From Octopus sinensis (lineage: Eukaryota), in assembly GCF_006345805.1 (NCBI RefSeq), contig NC_043024.1:19902001-19966000 (forward strand): a stretch of DNA of 64,000 nt. The letters are read 5' to 3'. Of the stretch, positions 24,109 to 37,014 are shown one piece after another (the stretch's first letter is position 1; each line of letters starts with the position of its first letter). The notes beneath the pieces were generated by a model. That model saw only the letters and a list, made by a program, of their open reading frames with translations, was not told the DNA's origin and did not search any database. A program made the position numbers and the translations under genes.

Positions 24109-24490
24109 ATGTGTGGTAAGTAGCTTGCTTACCAACCACATGGTTCAGGGTTCAGTCCCACTGTGTGGCACCATGGGCAAGTGTCTTCTACTATAGCCTT
24201 GTGAGTGGATTTGGTAGACGGAAACTGAAAGAAGCCCATCGTATATATGTATATATATGTATGTGAGTGTATATGTTTGTGTGTCTGTGTTTGTCCCCCT
24301 AGCATTGCTTGACAACCGATGCTGGTGTGTTTATGTCCCCGTCACCTAGCAGTTCGGCAAAAAGAGACCGATAGAGTAAGTACTGGGCTTACAAAGACTA
24401 AGTCCCAGGGTCGATTTGCTCGATTAAAGGCGGTGCTCCAGCATGGCCACAGTCAAATAACTGAAACAAGTAAAAGAGAAAAGAGAAAGA
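24109..24490 (+). mobile_element. SINE-B
   Basis: Family head, body and tail. Confidence 0.9.
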
Positions 24491-24834
24491 GAATTTGAAC
24501 TCAGAACATCAAAAGACCCCAGAAGCAAAACAATTACCACAAGGCATATTTGTCTAACACTCTTACATCTCTGCCATATTATTGACCTGGATCTTCCCCC
24601 CTATATCTACATGTGCATATAAATAGTCATTTCATTTAGTCATTGCATGTATATAAATAGAAATAAGCAAGTATTTTGCAGAAGTGTTCGTGAGTGTAAC
24701 TGTGTGCTGGGGGGAAGGGATGCCTCTGCTAGAATTCAGAATCAATACCTCTTGAATAAAAGCCACATGTATATGTGCATGAGTGTATACATGTATGTAA
24801 GTATCTATGTGTGTATGTGTGTGTTGTGTATATA

Positions 24835-24879
<45 letters not shown>

Positions 24880-25769
24880 ATATATTATATATATATATGT
24901 ATGTATATATAATATATATATGTGTTATATATATATATATGTGTGTATGTATATATATATATATATGTGTGTATGTAATATATATATATATGTGTGTGTA
25001 TGTATATATATATATATATGTGTATGTATATATATATATATATATGTGTATGTATATATATATATATGTGTATGTATATATATATATATATATATGTGTA
25101 TGTATATATATATATATATGTGTATGTATCATCGTCGTTTAACGTCCGTTCGTGTATGTATATATATATATATGTATGTATATATATATGTATGTATGTA
25201 TATATATATGTGTGTGTGTATGTATACATGTATATATATATGCGTGTGTAACCCGTGCTAGCACAGAAAATGGACGTTAAACGATGATGATGATATATGT
25301 GTGTGTATGTATACATGTGTGTGTATATATATATAAATATATATATATATGTACGTGTATGTATACATGTATATATATATATGTATGTATATATGTTTGT
25401 AAATGTATTTGTGTATAAAAATAAATACACACACATGTGTGTGTGTAAGTGTGTGTGTGTGTGTGTGTGCATAGTGTTAATCTTGTTTGATATATAAATT
25501 ACATTGAAATTGAAATTATGATCGGTACTACAATAATATACGGAAAATAGTTATTTTTTTTATTGATGTTGAAATAGTAATAGTAGCAAAAGTAGTAGTA
25601 GTAATAGTAGCAAAAGTAGTAGTAGTAATAGTAGCAGCAACACAAAAGCAGCAATGACAGTAATAATAGTAGGTGTGGTTGTTATTATTTAACCCTTGGT
25701 CAAAAACCTTATTGAACCAATCCGTAGTTCAATGTCATTTCACTTGTGGCCATCCTGCCTTTTCCTTTC

Positions 25770-26342
25770 TTTTCTACTCTAGGCACAACGCCTGATATTT
25801 TTGGGGAGGGGCCAGTCGATTAGATCAACCCCAGTATGCAACTGATACTTAATTTGTTGAAAGGATGAAAGGCAAAGTTGACCTCAGTGGAATTTGAACT
25901 CAGAAAGTAAAGACAGAGGAAATACCTATTTCTTTATTGCCCACAAGGGGCTAAACACAGAGGGGACAAACAAGGACAGACACACAGAGTAAGTCGATTA
26001 CATCGACCCCAGTGTGTAACTGGTACTTATTTAATCGACCTTGAAAGGATGAAAAGCAAAGTAGACCTCGGTGGAATTTGAACTCAGAACATAACTGCAG
26101 ATGAAATACCTATTTCTTTACTACCCAAAAGGGGCTAAACATAGAGGGGACAAACATGGACAGACAAACGGATTAAGTCGATTATATCGACCCCAGTGCG
26201 TAACTGGTACTTAACTTATCGACCCCGGAAGGATGAAAGGCAAAGTCGACATCGGTGGAATTTGAACTCAGAACGTAACGGCAGACGAAATACGGCTACC
26301 CATTTCGCCTGGCGTGCTAACGTTTCTGCCAGTTCGCCACCT
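25770..26342 (-). mobile_element. SINE-A trimer
   Basis: Three bodies; junctions (g/a)aaatacctatttcttt at ~25912-25934 and ~26097-26119; only the rightmost unit has the 5' head. Confidence 0.9.
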
Positions 26343-26379
26343 TCCAGTTTTCTCTTTTCAGTGGGGTGTGTGTATAAAT

Positions 26380-26415
<36 letters not shown>

Positions 26416-26720
26416 GTATATATATGTGTGTATGTATGGATGGATAGATGGAAAGAAGGAAGGAAGGAAGGAACCAGCCTTGGCATTTTACTCAGAGAAG
26501 TTCAGTATCTGCCTGGATATTATATCCCTCCTTTTACTATATATATACATATATATATATATATGTATCATATGTATGTATATATATTTTATATTTTGAG
26601 CCTATGCTCTTCAACAGAAAGGAATAAGAGGAAATAAACAGAGAGAGAATGGGAAAAAATATGTAGATTTCAGTGGTCAGCATATAGATATGTGTATATA
26701 TGTATTATATATATATATAT

Positions 26721-27590
26721 ATCATGCTACATGGCAGTGAAACATGGGCCGTGACTGCTGAGGATATGCGTAAGCTCACAAGAAATGAAGCCAGTATGCC
26801 CCGATGGATGTGTAATGTCAGTATTCATACTCGACAGAGTGTAAGTACCTTGAGAGAAAAGCTAGACCTAAGAAGCATCAGATGTGGGTGTGCAAGAGAG
26901 ACGTTTGTGCTGGTATGGTCATGTGGCGAGAATGGATGAAGATAGTTGTGTGAAAAAGAAAGTGCCAACCCTAGCTGTTGAGGGAACTGCGGAAGAGGCA
27001 GACCCAGGAAAACCTGGGACGAGGTGGTGAAGCACGACCTTCGAACTTTAGGTCTCACTGAGGAAATGACTAGAGATCGAGACCTCTGGAAGTGTGCTGT
27101 GCGTGAGAAGACCCGGCAAGACAAGTGAGACCATAACCCGTGGCCTTCTACATGGGATGCAGCCAGCCCACTTATGCATACCTTCCCTTCTTGGGACACA
27201 AAACTCTACTTGTGAAGACCTGTTGAGGCAAGTGAGAATCAGAATCGAAATCAGAATGGAAATTGCAGCTGAGTTACCAGTGCCAGTGGCACGTAAGAGA
27301 ACCATCCGAATGTGGCCGTTGCCAGCTGGCTTCGTGCCAGTGGCATGTAAAAATCACCATCTGTTCGTGGCCATTGCCAGCGCCTCCCCGACTGGCCTCG
27401 TGCCGGTGGCACGTAAAAAGCACCCACTACACTCATGGAGTGGTTGGCGTTAGGAAGGGCATCCAGCCATAGAAACATTGCCAGATCAAACTGGGCCTGG
27501 TGCAGCCTTCTGGCTTCCCAGACCCCAGTTGAACCGTCCAACCCATGCTAGCATGGAAAACGGACGTTAAACGATGATGATGATGATGAT
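26721..27590 (+). mobile_element. RTE-clade LINE 3' end (ORF C-terminus, 3' UTR, (GAT)n tail)
   Basis: MLHGSETWAVTAEDMRKL...RLCWYGHVARM...RGRPRKTWDEVVKHDLRTLGLTEEMTRDRDLWK with frameshifts, stop at 27126-27128; tail ttaggaagggcatccagc...catgctagcatggaaaacggacgttaaacgatgatg. Confidence 0.9.
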
Positions 27591-27612
27591 GTATATGTAT
27601 ATAAATTTTTTT

Positions 27613-27887
27613 TGTTGTTCTTTCTTGAGCCATGCCTGGCTCATAAGGGCTGGTTTCCCGGTTTCCTTGGCGTATAGGTTCCCCAACTGGACAGGACGCC
27701 GGTCCGTCGCAGGTGAGCTGCAAGATGCAGGAGGAAAGAGTGAGAGAAAGTTGTGGCAAAAGAGTCAGCAGAAGTTCGCCATTACCTTCTGCCGGAGCAG
27801 CGTGGAGCTTAGGTGTTTCGCTCATAAACACACACACCACCCAGTCTGAGATTCGAACCCACGATCCCTCAACTGCGATATATATAT
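27613..27887 (-). mobile_element. SINE-C, tail type 2, 5'-truncated
   Basis: Reverse complement of the 7939-8231 family. Confidence 0.85.
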
Positions 27888-27923
27888 TATTTATTACATA
27901 TATTATTAGATATATATATTATT

Positions 27924-28250
27924 AGAGTTATAGTTTGTGGAGACATATCCGGGAGTGGGTGGTTTGTCCGGTACTGTTTGAAGGAATTTTTCCAAAGACT
28001 TCTTGAATTTTGTGTGGTCAGTTTCTTTTTTGATGTGTCCTGGTGTAATGTTGAAGAGAGCGGGTCCAATTGAGGTGAAATAGTTGTGCCGTATTGTCGT
28101 TATGAGATGCGATTTAGATTTTCATTGTAGATGGATTGCACGTGGTCCAAGCCTGGGATGTATTTTGAAGGTGATGCCAACATCATTTGGACAGTGCTGA
28201 TGGAATATTTTCCACATCATACAAATAATGTAATGTTCACGGCGTTGTTG
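27924..28250 (-). mobile_element. CR1-like LINE fragment (left arm of an inverted pair)
   Basis: Matches 48785-49120; QQRREHYIICMMWKI...IGPALFNITPG motif. Confidence 0.85.
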
Positions 28251-28263
28251 ATATATATATATA

Positions 28264-28652
28264 TCCAAATGATGTTGGCATCACCTTCAAAATACATCCA
28301 AGACTTGGATCCCGTGCCATCCATCTACAACGAAAATCTAAATCGCATCACATAACGACAATACGGCACAATTATTTCACCTCAATTGGACCCGCTCTCT
28401 TCAACATTACACCAGGACACGTCAAAACAGAAACTGACCACACAAAATTCAAGAAGTCTTTGGACAAATTCCTTCAAACAGTCCCGGACAAACCACCCAC
28501 ACCCGGATATGTCTCCGCAAACAATATCGCTCTGCTCGAATGGGCCTTGGTGCCCAAATCCTGAATTGAAAGACTTCGCCAGGTGGTGCTATTAAGTTAG
28601 ACATGGCCTGGGCCAATACTGGCCAAAACCTTTCTAAGTTATTCTAAGTTAT
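28264..28652 (+). mobile_element. CR1-like LINE 3' end (right arm), tail (TTCTAAGTTA)2
   Basis: Same family as 48677-49180. Confidence 0.85.
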
Positions 28653-29065
28653 TTATATATAGATATATATATATAGATATATATATATAATATATAATAC
28701 ACATATACATACATATATATATATATATATACATGTATATATATATACATATATATATATCTATATATATAGATGTATGTATGTATGTATGTATGTATAT
28801 ATATGTGTATGTATGTGCATGTATGTATCAAACTCTCACTCACAACGCTTTGATCAGCCTGAGGTTCAGTAGAATATACTTGGCCAAGGTGCACTCGGGT
28901 CAGTGGGACTGAACCCTAAACCATGGGGTTGGGAAGTGAACTACTTAACCCTAACTGTTACAGAGCAAAAACAAAACTTAAAAAAACAAGTGGGATAATC
29001 ATATTTTAAATGATCGCCTAGGGTTATATAGCAACAAACACAACTGGCAAAAAGAGAAAGGAGGA

Positions 29066-29420
29066 GGGGGAGGAGGAGGAGGGGAGGAGAAAGGGGAGGA
29101 TGCAAAGGAGAGGGATGACGAGGGGGGAAGGGGAGGAGGGGGAGGAGAAGGATGGGAAGTGGAAAATAAGAAAGAGGAGTACAAGAAGAAAGAATAGAAG
29201 AAAGAGGAGGAGGAGAAGTAGAGCGGAGGATGAGGAGGAAGAGGCAGCAGAGGAGAAGAGGAAGAAGAAAAGAATAGGAGGAAGGGGAGGAGGGGAGGAA
29301 AAGAAGATGAATAAGATGAAAAAGATGAAGGCAGAGAAAAAAGAAGAAAGAAGAAAGAAGAAGAAGATGAAGGAGGAGAAGGAGGAGGAGGAGGAGGAAA
29401 AGAAGAAAGGATTATGAAAT
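29066..29420. repeat. Purine-rich (GGA/GAA)n low-complexity tract
   Basis: Direct reading. Confidence 0.9.
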
Positions 29421-29586
29421 AAGAAGAAAAAATGGTGCAGGGAAGCAGGCCAAACTAATTACTTGTTGCAGGTGAAGCATCAAAAATTGATGGAGGAGAA
29501 TTGACAGGAAGTCAATGAATTGTGAGGGAGAAGAGGAGGATAGAAAAACACATTTTTACTAATTCTGAATGTGATAGAAAAAGAAA

Positions 29587-29620
<34 letters not shown>

Positions 29621-30017
29621 TAATAATAATAATAATATGGATGTGTGAAGCCAAAAAAGACAAGAAAACAATTAATAATCAAAAAGTATACAAAACAATT
29701 GGCTTATTTATAAAACCTCTTCTCTCTAACAATATACACACACACACACACAAACGTTTAATATATATACATTACATATATATATATATATTATATATAT
29801 ATAATAATATATATATATATATATATATAAAATGTGAGCTATCACTATCATACATACTTTAGTTGTAATTCTCTCTCTTCCCTCTCTGAAGTTTTGCATT
29901 TCTTCTGTCATCTTTCATCCCGTTTAGTGGCATACATCTACACAACATTGAGTTTTATTATTTGTGTGAGTATGTGTGCATGCACATACATGTATGTTTC
30001 TATATATATGTGTGTGT

Positions 30018-30530
30018 ACTAGCTGAATTGTCCGACGTTGCCAGGCAAATTTTACAATAGAATTTCTTATATAAATTTTTGTTTATTCCATGTCAGACCA
30101 TGACTTCTCCATCACATAGGTCTCTTGATCAGGACAGATTTGTACAATCTTTCACCAAAAATCTTTGTTGGGGATTTTTACCCTTTTAAAATTATTTACA
30201 ATATGTGTTCGACCATTTCACATGACTTTATTCATTAAAACTTAAAACTTCAGAATTTCTTACAACTTTGGGCGTCGTAATGCTTTGCTTTCATTTGTTT
30301 CGTAAAAATTCCTTCTTGTAATGTTTTTGCTTTCATTTTGTGATAGACAGCTATCATGCAGAAAATGCCAGCTTCCAAATCCTGTTTCTGGTTAAATAAA
30401 ATTGATTAAACTTTAAACCTCAGGAATACTTTTCTGTAATTTTTATGGAACAAATAAATCACAAAATTGGATTTAACGGGGAAAATTATATCAATATACC
30501 AAGTTTGAAAATTTTGACATAATTTTAAAA
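30018..30530 (-). mobile_element. Helitron-like non-autonomous element (right boundary uncertain)
   Basis: Minus strand gcctggcaacgtcggaca-attcag-CTAG|T: degenerate hairpin plus CTAG terminus at 30018-30046. Confidence 0.45.
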
Positions 30531-32463
30531 TTTCACAATATGTAACAGCAACACGAAAGACCCACAAAAGTAGGGAGACAGACAGTTATAGGATGTGACA
30601 AACACATGTACCCACACACAATGAAACACACACACACATATTTACAAACATACACACAGGTAATCATGAGTTTAAAATGGTGTATAGTAGACATATGCAT
30701 GTATCTATGTATGTATGATGTATATATACGTTTGTGTGCATGTGTAAACCTGTGTGTGAGTGTTTCTTGGTGATTGGCAGCAGAAAAGTTACCCTCTCTC
30801 CTTAAAGCTACATATTCCTCACACCCACCATTCTTTCCCTTCTTCAGCATTTTAAAAGCTAGATATGTGCATGTGTGTGTGTGTGTGTAGTGTGTGTGTG
30901 TGTATGCATGTATCTATGTATTTACGAAAGTATGTATGCAGTGCCGCGTGTATGTGTGTGAATGACAGGCATATTAACATTGTCATCCCACTGCCACTCC
31001 CTATTTGTTGCTTACACAACAATATTCTCCCCTTCCCTGATATCAGCCACACTCACTATGCCACCACATTTCCCCACACTAACACTCTTTACACCCTTCT
31101 CATTTTATCAAATAATAGCCCAACCCCACTAGGGGGTCCATTATGGATTATTATTGAAATCCAATTGACCTATACACGAACTGGATGCTAGTTTAATATG
31201 TATGCAAAGTATTGTCAAGATTGGCTCACTGGTGTAGGTAGCAAAATGGTAACAGACAGATCGACAGGCAGAAATTGCCACTTATGTGTACTTTATTATC
31301 ATCTTATAATCATCTCATAATAATGACCTTTATGACTCGTATTACTACCTCAGTCAATCTAAATGTATATATTTGTCACTACCTGTCATAAATAGCCTTT
31401 TTCTATTTGCAATATGCATTTTCGTTGATTTTTCATATTTTACCCTTACATCTCCACATGTATTTTATATTTTCTTTTCGTAACATATTTCTACTATATA
31501 TATATACACACACACACATGCATGTAAATGTATCTACATATATGTATACGAATGTATACACACACTCGTATCTATAAACATTTATTCAAATATTTATAGA
31601 AATACGCACACACATATATATACATTCATTTATGTGTGTGTGTTTGTGTATAAAATGCACACTTTTCTAGTTGCATGGTGTGTATATACATGCATATATA
31701 TATATGGGATGCATACTTGTGCATAATACATCAATGCATGCCTATATACATATGTGTATATTTATATGAATGTTCATATGTATGATTAGATTTACCATAT
31801 TGTTTCTCTGATAAAAAATAAAAATAAGATGAAAAAATTAAATGGATAATACTCATCTCATCTTCACTCTTCATATTATCTGAACCCAAGTCCCAGGCCC
31901 TTACATGTCCCCTAAACCAACTCTATCAATTCCTTTAATATTCAGCTCACCAAGTGGTTACTGATTTTCAAACTCAAACCAATTATAGATGTGTCTTGGT
32001 GTAAATAACAGCTCTGGAGGCTGTGAAGATAATTAAAACACAGCCAGTGATCATCAAATACATTAATTGATGCTTAGATCTTGTATATATTATCAGATAT
32101 GTTTCAACAAGGGATTTTGTTTTAACCAATAACAATGCATACACCCGACTGCTCAACTTGCTAGTAATAGCTGCTAAATCTCCTTCAGATCTCAATTACA
32201 TGGTTTGTTAGTAATAACAGCAAACATGATAAGTATATACAAAAACATATGTGTATGAGCATATGTATGTGTGTGTGTATATTTATATTTATATATATAA
32301 TATATATGTATATATATGTCTAGTAGAAGACACTTTCCCAAGGTGCCACACAATGGGACTGAACCCGGAACCATGTGGTTGGTAAGCAAGCTACTTACCA
32401 CACAGCTACTCCTGCACCTATATCTATCTATCTATCTATCTATATATATATATATATATATGT

Positions 32464-32495
<32 letters not shown>

Positions 32496-32952
32496 TTGAA
32501 ATATATATATCTATATATACATATATGTGACTATATGTTATATTTATATGTGTGCATTTATGTATATATATCATCATCATCATCATCATAATCTTAACAT
32601 CCACTTTTCCATGCTTGCATGAGTTAGATGAAAGTTGTTAAAATGGGTTTCCTTAGATGTCGCTTTTGTTGTGAACCCTCGTCTTTTTTCAAGTAAGGTA
32701 ATAAAGCCCACGGACTTGAATGTTTCCACAGAAAACATTTCAGTTTTACAACCGTTTCCTTACAGTTTTTGCCTACCTGAAGCAACAGTGGAAGCCACTT
32801 GCCAGAAGTGCCAAGCAGTAGAATTGAACTCAAAACTCCATGGCTATAAGGAAGTGAATGTTCCCTACTACACATCAGTGCCTCAGCCTTGGCTGGAAAA
32901 GGAAAAATACAAAATTAAGCTATTTTTAAAAACAGCAATAACTTGTTTACAG

Positions 32953-33143
32953 AAGCCATTGATTTTGGTCAGTTGCCAACTTCCAAGCTTGAAGGACTAC
33001 TGGACAAATACAATCATATTAAACAGTGCTTTGACCTGGTTCATGAATACACTAGAAATAACAGCCAAATGCTCTTTAACCCTTCAGCATTCAAATTTCT
33101 CTGTCAAGTGCAATACTCATTTATTCACACTGATAAAAATTAG
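32953..33143 (+). CDS. Candidate host exon, product unknown
   Basis: Acceptor-like ttgtttacag|; open frame (E)AIDFGQLPTSKLEGLLDKYNHIKQCFDLVHEYTRNNSQMLFNPSAFKFLCQ...; non-repetitive, no CpG; no strong donor. Confidence 0.3.
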
Positions 33144-33160
33144 TTATGCGTTACTTTGTA

Positions 33161-33782
33161 TGAGTGCTGAAAACTTCCTGGTTTTGATTAAAAGGAGTAG
33201 CTGTGTGGTAAGTAGCTTGCTTACCAACCACATGTTTCCGGGTTCAGTCCCACTGCGTGGCACCTTGGGCAAGTGTCTTCTACTATAGCCCCGGGCCGAC
33301 CAAAGCCTTGTGAGTGGATTTGGTAGACGGAAACTGAAAGAAGCCCGTCGTATATATGTATATATATATATATGTGTGTGTGTATATGTTTGTGTGTCTG
33401 TGTTTGTCTTCCTAGCATTGCTTGACAACCGATGCTGGTGTGTTTATGTCCCCGTCACTTAGCGGTTCAGCAAAAGAGACCGATAGAATAAGTACTGGGC
33501 TTACAAAAGAATAAGTCCCGGGGTCAAGTTGCTCGACTAAAGGCAGTGCTCCAGCATGGCCACAGTCAAATGACTGAAACAAGTAAAAGAGTAAAAGAGA
33601 GTAAAGTGAGAAGGATCAGTTAATTATGATTTTATTCAACATATTCCCCTCCTCTCAGATTCACACACTTATTACAGCAGTCCTTCAGTTTTTCTAAGCC
33701 TTGTGAAAGAGCTCAGAAGTTTGGTCCTCCAACCAGGCCTTCCGCGATACCCTTAAAGTTGGGAATGTTTCAACACCCGTCA
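33161..33782. mobile_element. Mariner-type MITE interrupted by a SINE-B (33193-33606)
   Basis: TA at 33159-33160 and 33783-33784; diverged TIRs gtgctgaaaacttcctggtttt / aaagttgggaatgtttcaacac. Confidence 0.6.
33193..33606 (+). mobile_element. SINE-B, full length
   Basis: Family head, body and tail. Confidence 0.9.
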
Positions 33783-33941
33783 TACACACACACACACACA
33801 CCATATATATCGTTTTTCTTTAGAAAAACATAAAAACAGAGAAGCACACTCTAAGAAGTACAGCAGTCTATATTATTACTGGTGTAGGCCTGTTTATAAG
33901 GTTATCCTGGGTTTCTCAGCATATATTTATATACATATATA

Positions 33942-34370
33942 TAGGCGTAAAAGTGGCTGTGTAGTAAGTAGCTTGCTTATGAACCACATGGTTCCAGGTT
34001 CAGTCCCACTGCACGGCACCTTGGGCAAGTGTCTTCTGCTATAGCCTTGAGCCGACCAAAGCCTTGTGAGTGGATTTGGTAGATGGAAACCGAAAGAAGC
34101 CCGTCGTATATATGTATATATGTATATGTCTAAACATCATGTGATGGTTATAAAAAAAGCATTGGTGTCATACAAGCAGTGTCATTGTTTATTTCCAGTC
34201 TTCTGTGAAAAACACATCTAGCTTAGGGGGGAAATATTACCTCCCTTGGATACAGGTGAAGGTTGGTGACAGGAAGGGCATCCAGCCATAGAAAATCTGC
34301 CTTAACAAATTCCATCCTATCCATGCAAGCATGGAAAAATGGATCAGTAATAATGAACAAGATGATGATG
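33942..34370 (+). mobile_element. SINE-B head with an RTE-derived tail
   Basis: After the (AT) linker: ...ggttggtgacaggaagggcatccagccatagaaa...ccatgcaagcatggaaaa...gatgatgatg; same subfamily as 449-1270. Confidence 0.85.
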
Positions 34371-34380
34371 GTTATGTGAT

Positions 34381-34910
34381 CATCATCATCGTTTAACGTC
34401 CGTTTTCCGTGCTAGCATGGGTTGGACGATTCGACCAGGGTCTGGGAAGCCAGGAGGCTACACCAGGCTCCAGTCTTGATTTGGCAGTGTTTGTACAGCT
34501 TCATGCCCTTCCTAATGCCAACCACTCCGCGAGTGAGGTGGGTGCTTTTTACATGCCACCGGCACAGGTGCCAGGGGATTCTGGCAGTGGCCACAATCGG
34601 TTGGTGCTTTTAATGTGCCACTGGCACGGAAGCCAGTCAAGGCGACGCTGGCATCGGCAACATTCGGATGGTGCTTTTTACGTGCCACCGGAACAGAAGC
34701 CAGTCGAGGCGGCGCTGGCATCAGCCACATTCGGATGGTGCTTTTTACTTACCACCGGAACAGAAGCCAGTCGAGGCGGCGCAGGCATCGGCCACGTTCG
34801 GACGGTGCTTTTTATGTGCCACCGGCACAGGTATCACAACAACTATTTCCATTGATATTTATTTCGATGTTCATGTACTTGACTCAATAGGTCTCCTCAA
34901 GCACAGCGGG
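34381..34910 (-). mobile_element. RTE 3'-UTR fragment with 67-bp internal tandem repeats
   Basis: gaagccagtc recurs at 34629, 34696, 34763; tail matches 27440-27590. Confidence 0.85.
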
Positions 34911-35245
34911 ATGTTCCGAAATCCAAATTGATGGTGGCGTATAAACCTTGCTGATCAGACAATCAACCCACACCATTAAAAGTGTCCTATATTTATTTCT
35001 ACATGTACATGTGTTATAAACCAGTGTTCTTTCACAATATGGTTTCCATTATCCCATTCATAAAATATTTCACATTTTTTATTCATTTCCTAACCAACAG
35101 GTATTTTTTTTTCTTCTTCTTTCACCATTATTAGTGACTATGAATCCATCAATGCTACCTGCATATTGATTAAATAATGTCTGTGATTGTTTGTATTATT
35201 CTGATTCTGTTACCATTTAACTAGCTTCATTCACGTTTCATCTTT

Positions 35246-35725
35246 CATCATCATCATCATCATCATCATTGTTTAACATCCGCTTTCTATGCTAGCATGG
35301 GTTGGACAATTTTGACTGAGGTCTGGTGAACCAGATGGCTGCACAAGGTTCCAATCTTGATCTGGCTGAGTTTCTACAGCTGGATGCCCTTCCTAATGCC
35401 AACCACTCCAAGAGTGTAGTGGGTGCTTTTATGTGCCACCGACACTGGAGCCAGTCAGGTGGTACTGGCAACAACCACACTCAAATCTTTTTACACATGC
35501 CACCGGCACAGGTGCCAGTAAGGCGACACTGGTAATGATCACGCTCAAATGGTGCCTCTTACGTGCCACTGGCACGGAAGCCAGTTAGCCGCTCTGGCAA
35601 CATTTACGCTCAGATGGTGCTCTTACCACCCTACTAGCACGAGCACAAGTGCCAGTAAGGCGACGCTGGTAACGATCACACTCGAATGGTGCCTTTTAAG
35701 TGCCACTGGCACAGAAGCCGGTTAG
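35246..35725 (-). mobile_element. RTE 3'-UTR fragment with alternating internal repeats
   Basis: RTE tail plus repeated gtgccagtaaggcgac(a/g)ctggtaa / gtgccactggcac(g/a)gaagcc units. Confidence 0.85.
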
Positions 35726-36020
35726 CTGCTCTGTCAGTGAATCAACCCTCTAGTGAATATTAATATGCAGGCATTATCGTCTTGTAAATGTGAGAATTTT
35801 ATCAAATGAAAACAAGAAAACTCCCTTATTTTACATACTGACAGGAAAACCGGGGCAAGACCAAGAATGGGATGGTTGGATAATAGCTATGGTCTTAGTT
35901 GGTCATGCTTGAGTCCAGTGGGTAAAATCTGATGAACGCTGCATTTGATAGGACCCTATGGAGGAGATGACAGAGGACTCTACATCCACATTTCTTCCAG
36001 GAATAGTGGGCAGAGAAAAT

Positions 36021-36250
36021 ATATTTCTTTATTGCCCACAGGGGGCTAAACACAGAGGGGACAAACAAGGACAGACAAAGGGATTAAGTCGATTACATCG
36101 ACCCCAGTGCATAACTGGTACTTATTTGAACGACCCCGAAAGGATGAAAGGCAAATCAACTTCGGCGGAATTTGAACTCAGAACGTAACGGCAGACGAAA
36201 TACAGCTAAGTATTTTGCCTGGCGTGCTAACTTTTCTGCCAGCTCACTGC
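36021..36250 (-). mobile_element. SINE-A monomer
   Basis: Full body and head. Confidence 0.9.
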
Positions 36251-36700
36251 AAGAACTGCAAGCTGGTTTCTCTAGCCAAGTCAACCAGCAGAAGAGCTAG
36301 AGATAGACCAAAAATGAATTGGTTGGATAATGTCTCTAGACTTAGATGGCCACACTTGGGAATCAAACAATAAAGTATAATGCTGGTTTCTTCCGATATC
36401 ATTCTAACACACCTGTGTGAATTAGAATGGTTGCTTCTATTTGCACTCTACAAAACTGACAAGCTACAAACAATGTTGTTGCCATTGTTGGTAGCTGAGT
36501 TGTTTTTGTCACTTGTCCCATTGACAAAATGTTCTTTGGCATCATGCCTTTGAAGACATGCAAGATAAGAGAGCTTTTACTTGAAATATAGATAAAGATT
36601 CGTAACAGGAAGAAGCAGCTGGCAGTAAAATGCCTCAATAATATACACAACACACACACATATATATATGTATGTATACATATATATATATATATATATA

Positions 36701-36938
36701 ATAACAATATAATAAATAAAACATATGCATACATACATATATGTACATACCTACATCTATATGTATATATACATGCATATATGAGTACAGGACACCACAA
36801 ATAAACGTAGAACACAACGAGAAACGAAAACCTAAAATCAAACAAGGAAACGGACTTTTTTTAACAACGAAAAAAACAGAGTACAAGACAAACAATACAA
36901 GGAAAATTCCCCTTCTTCAGCTGCCCCTGTTTCGACTA
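36701..36938 (-). repeat. Family G copy
   Basis: Reverse complement of 48070-48310. Confidence 0.8.
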
Positions 36939-36964
36939 TGTATGTATGTATGTATGTGTGTGTG

Positions 36965-37014
<50 letters not shown>

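Noticed and set aside
24670-24695. Possible micro-exons tattttgcag|AAGTGTTC|gtgagt and (minus strand, 1428-1441) aatacag|ATCACTTTCAAATG|gtaagt
   Set aside because: Lengths of 8 and 14 nt are not frame-preserving, and such matches are expected by chance in 64 kb.
29100-29417. Lys/Glu/Arg-rich ORF
   Set aside because: It is a purine-rich GGA/GAA low-complexity tract, not evidence of coding.
36399-36640. Protein-looking minus-strand frame (LHVFKGMMPKNILSMGQ...) with donor CAG|GTGTGT
   Set aside because: The opposite strand looks equally protein-like, the acceptor is weak and no homology is recognised.
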